Origin: Podarcis muralis
Taxonomy: Eukaryota
NCBI RefSeq assembly: GCF_964188315.1
Contig: NC_135661.1
Coordinates: forward strand, 26,598,001-26,662,000
Direction: 5' to 3'
Length of the DNA: 64,000 bases
A model generated the notes under the pieces. The model was not told where the DNA came from and searched no databases. It saw only the letters and a list, made by a program, of their open reading frames with translations. Every line of letters begins with the position of its first letter. Positions within the stretch are counted from its first letter, which is position 1. The translations under genes were made by a program, and so were the position numbers. Positions 60,196-64,000 of the stretch are shown piece by piece.

Positions 60196-61177
60196 GTGAT
60201 TATTGCCTCCTGATTTATTTTAAGCTCCTCTCTGCTATTTTCTGTTTTTGTTTTCATTAGCATTTTATTAGAGACTTTGTAATCCCACCCCGCCCCCCAA
60301 GACATGTGCCACCTAACCTCTTTCCCAACGCTCTCAGATCTTCGTGGATATTTGGGGGTCTCTTGTGGATTTCGGAATTACTCTGTTCTCTATACAGTGG
60401 GGGGGGGGGGTATTGATGATTCAGTCTCATGGGATCCTGGGTTTAAAGTGAGTTGTCGCCAAGTCTAGAAATCCCATCCTTTGGATAACAAAGCTCCTGT
60501 AGCAACTGATCACCCGTTGGCCAGGTTTGTACAGAATGCGAAAGCCAGGATCAGCCTTGCAAATAAGCAGAGTTACCATGGCTTGTTTTGCCTAAGGTTG
60601 GCTTTGTTTTTCTAGCCACTCTTGCTAGGCACCTCTGTAGCTGAACAGCCATCTGGATCAGGGTGCTGGAGCAAACCAGTATAAAGTCAAAGTCGTGGGT
60701 TTTGAGGTAATAAGGAACCATATTTGATGCAAGCCAAGTTTCTTAAGCCAGCTTCAATCCATGATTTTGTATTGTGGTTTGTTGGCCACAGGCAAACCAT
60801 AGTTAACTGGCTGAATAGGTTTGGATTTATAAACAAACCACAACTGAGCTCAATAAACCATGGCTTTACGATACTGTTGTGTCTTTCTGTGCTGCATTTA
60901 GTTGGCACTAACATCAGGAGGCCCATGTATCTCCTGCCACAGTATTCCCCAAATGATGCCCAGATATTTTGGACTACTCAGCCCCAGCCAATACAGCCAT
61001 TGGGAGCTCCAGTCCAAAACATGAGGAGGACACCAGGTGGGGAGAGGCTGTCCTAGCATACCATGTCATTTGGCCCTTAGATGAGAGTTTGCAACTTACC
61101 CTTTAAAAAAAATCTGAATCTGAAACAGCATTCAGTGTTTGATGACTGAGACTGATCATTTCTGTTTTACATTGAAG

Positions 61178-61282
61178 ATTACAGATAAAAACTACGTCAG
61201 ATTCCTGTCGAACTGGAAGAAAGAGAACAAACCCCACGTGCTTCTCTTTGATCACATGCCCCTCGTCCCTCTGTTATACAAG
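61178..61282 (+). CDS. DNAJC16: DNAJC16 exon
   Basis: 105 bp; ITDKNYVRFLSNWKKENKPHVLLFDHMPLVPLLYK. Confidence 0.94.
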
Positions 61283-62713
61283 GTAAAGGCTCTGCTCTGT
61301 ACCTGGTTTTTGCCGCTTAGTAAGAAATGGGGCAGGGGAGGGGAGGTCCTCTGGCTTCCTTTGTAGGTGCGTAGCTGTATTAAGATGTTGTACTAAAAAG
61401 AACAGAGTCTCATGGCACCGTAAAGACAAAAAGCTTACTTTGGCATAAGCCATCCTTTCCCAACTTGGTGCCCTCCAGGTGTCTTGTATTACAACTCCCA
61501 TCAGCCCCAGCCAGCACAGCTGGGGAAGGCTGGCAAAAGCTCTGTGGACCATTTTATCAGATGCCTCCTTTCTGCGGACCTGGAAGTGCCTGGATCCTCT
61601 GAAACAGCCTTCCAGGGGCTCAGTATTCTGCAGTGGTGTGCAGCAGTGGCATAACATGGGTTGCTGGCGACCAGAGCGGGACAAGTGTTGCACCCCCTGG
61701 TGAACTGGGCAGCTGGAGTGGAGGCACGTTCTGGGGGGCATGTGTAGAGCCCGCAAGGCACGTGGCTTCTGGCGCTGATGGTGGCGGTCATTGCATGCCT
61801 TCTTGGCTTGGCAGCTCCATCACCTTCCGCCGTGGCCACCTTCACCAACCACAAGGAGGAGGAGGCGCCACCCCAGCCCTGAAGGCCTGGCCTGGGCGTG
61901 GCGTTGCTCTGAAGGCGACAGGAGCTCAGCCACGCAGCCTTGATAAGGGAGCATGTCATGGGGGCTCCTGGTTGCACCTCTCAGAATTACACGCAGGGCC
62001 ACTGCCCCTCCCCTACACCACTGGAGTAATGGACCACAGAACAGAAGTAGAGCACATTATATGGATTTCAGAGGCCACAGGGCTCAATCTCCAGCTGTCA
62101 AAGTAGACAGTACTGGACTAGACGGACAGTAGAAGGCAGCTGCATACGCTTGGTTATTGCCGCTGTCAAAGAGACCCTGCCCTAGTGTCACTGGGGGCTA
62201 AGAAGTCCAGAGGAGGAAATTGTGAAAGACAAGGCTACTGAATGACTGTTCTCACCCTGGCCAACCAGATGCCTGTGGGAAACCCGCAAGCAGGACCTGA
62301 TCACAAGAGCACTCTTAAATCCTCACCCCACCCCACCCTGTGGTTTCCAGCAGGGCTTGGCAAATCCCTTCCTCTGCCATCAACCCCTGGTCTGTATTCT
62401 TTTCTGTGCAGAACTGCATTTCACACAACTAGCAGGCACATCTCCTTGTCATTCGCTTCCTTGAATGTGGGTATGGCTGTACCTCAATGGTGAAGGCCCT
62501 AACTTCAATCCCTGGCATCTCCAGACACTGGAGAGCCACTGCCAGTCAGTGTAGACAGTACTGAGTTAGATAGACCAATGGCCTTGACTCAGTAGAAGGC
62601 AGCTTTCTATGTTCCTGTGTAACAGTAGAGTGAAGACAGAGTGGGTTCCTGTCTATGTGTTGCACGTAATGTACCATGTAGCCCAACTGCATCCACCTCC
62701 CCTTTCTTTCCAG

Positions 62714-62872
62714 CTGACGGCGTTTGCTTACAGAGATTACCTGTCCTTTGGATATGTGTACGTTGGGCTCCGAGGTACAGAAGAGCTGTCCAGCCAGTAT
62801 AACATCAACGTCTACACGCCCACCATGATGGTGTTCAAAGAGCACGTTGATAAGCCTGCTGATGTCATCCAG
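62714..62872 (+). CDS. DNAJC16: DNAJC16 exon
   Basis: 159 bp; LTAFAYRDYLSFGYVYVGLRG...PADVIQ. Confidence 0.95.
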
Positions 62873-63695
62873 GTACAGTATGGCAGCCACCACGCAAGAC
62901 TGCTTATGTGAGAACTCTGGCCCTAACAGGCAGGTGGCGAATACTCAGCCTAACTTGTTTCTGTGGTGTTGATAAGGATGCTTCAAATAGCTCCATCAGT
63001 CTTGTAAGGAAAGCACAGATCCTTACCTTAAAGAAGTTGCAATCCAAATCTAGACTTTTGTGGGGACCTGCAACAAAAGTTTGCAGTGCAGATGGATCCA
63101 GTGTTAGTCCTACTCATAGTAGACCCACTGAAATTAATGAACATGACTAACTTAGGTTCTTTAATTTCAGTGGGTATACTCTTGTGTAGGACTAAAACTA
63201 GATACAACCCACTCTATTTAGGACTGCGGACCTTACTTAACTAGGGCTGCAGTCCTTACCAAGTTACATGGGAGTAAGGACCATTGAATTCAGTAGTACC
63301 TCTGAGCAGACATGATTAGGGTTACACTGTTTAGTCATTAAACAATTCTGAAATAAAATTAATCAGGAAGTTCATATTTAAGGGCATTCTGGCTCCCCCC
63401 CCCCCTTTGGCCAGTTTGGTTTGGGTGTGTTTTTGTGGGACAAAGAATGATGGGGCTCGCCTTTTAAATATATATATATTCTTTCTAGCAATACATAAGT
63501 AGTTTTTGTTATTAAATTGTGAGTTTATTTGGCAGTTCCTTCCACATCTCAGAAGGGTGTATACCTTGATGGTGGTCTGTAATCTGCTGAAGTATTTTGG
63601 TAACCTGCAAATGTATTTAAAAGGCACATGAATCATCAGCTGAAAATTCTGTGGTTGGTTGACAACTTGTTGGGTGTGTGTGTGTTGTTTTCCAG

Positions 63696-63826
63696 GCCCG
63701 AGGCATGAAGAAGCAGCTTATTGATGACTTCCTGTCTCAGAACAAGTTCCTCATGGCATCCAGGCTCACCAGCCAGAAGCTTTTTCAGGAGTTGTGTCCT
63801 GCGAAAAAGTCTCACAGGCAGCGCAA
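63696..63826 (+). CDS. DNAJC16: DNAJC16 exon (gene continues beyond the window)
   Basis: 131 bp; ARGMKKQLIDDFLSQNKFLMASRLTSQKLFQELCPAKKSHRQR. Confidence 0.94.
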
Positions 63827-64000
63827 GTAAGGCTCATGGTGGTAGTGATGCTCCTCCAAAGTGTGTTTGGTTTTGTAGGGGTTATTTGGGGACTTTCAAG
63901 TCCCTTCTCAAAATGGGATACCGAGAACTGCTGGAGAATCTAGGCCTAAAAGAATTTGCAGCTGGAAAAGCAGAACTCTGCAGCTGCCGATGCATTTCCT

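Noticed and set aside
61274-62106. Several ORFs of about 160 aa in a DNAJC16 intron
   Set aside because: They overlap GC-rich MITE-like repeats; no splice or homology support

Overview
Vertebrate genomic DNA from a squamate, most likely a lacertid lizard (Sauria-type SINEs, CR1/L2/L1 LINEs, TA-flanked mariner-type and hAT-type MITEs). The window is syntenic with the human CTRC-CELA2-CASP9-DNAJC16 block. I reconstructed five spliced genes by hand with GT-AG boundaries and consistent phases. (A) A CELA2-like elastase on the minus strand, exons 1-6 at 11804->107; exons 7-8 lie left of the window. (B) CTRC on the plus strand, 8 exons, 12946-20397, 266 aa. (C) A second CELA2-like gene on the plus strand, 8 exons, 26335-34872. 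(D) CASP9 on the minus strand, 10 exons, 49571->37232, 416 aa. (E) DNAJC16 on the plus strand, 7 coding exons, 54485-63826, running off the right end and head-to-head with CASP9 across a CpG island. The most notable observations: a very young L1 with both ORFs open and a perfect 14-bp TSD, inserted inside a MITE in intron 5 of gene A and sense to the host; gene A as an inverted CELA2 duplicate sitting head-to-head with CTRC; patchy identity between the two CELA2 copies that suggests gene conversion; a micro-inversion in their 5'UTRs; and a re-spaced PTF1-like site. I found no convincing wholly new biological system. Most short ORFs in the track are antisense or repeat artefacts.
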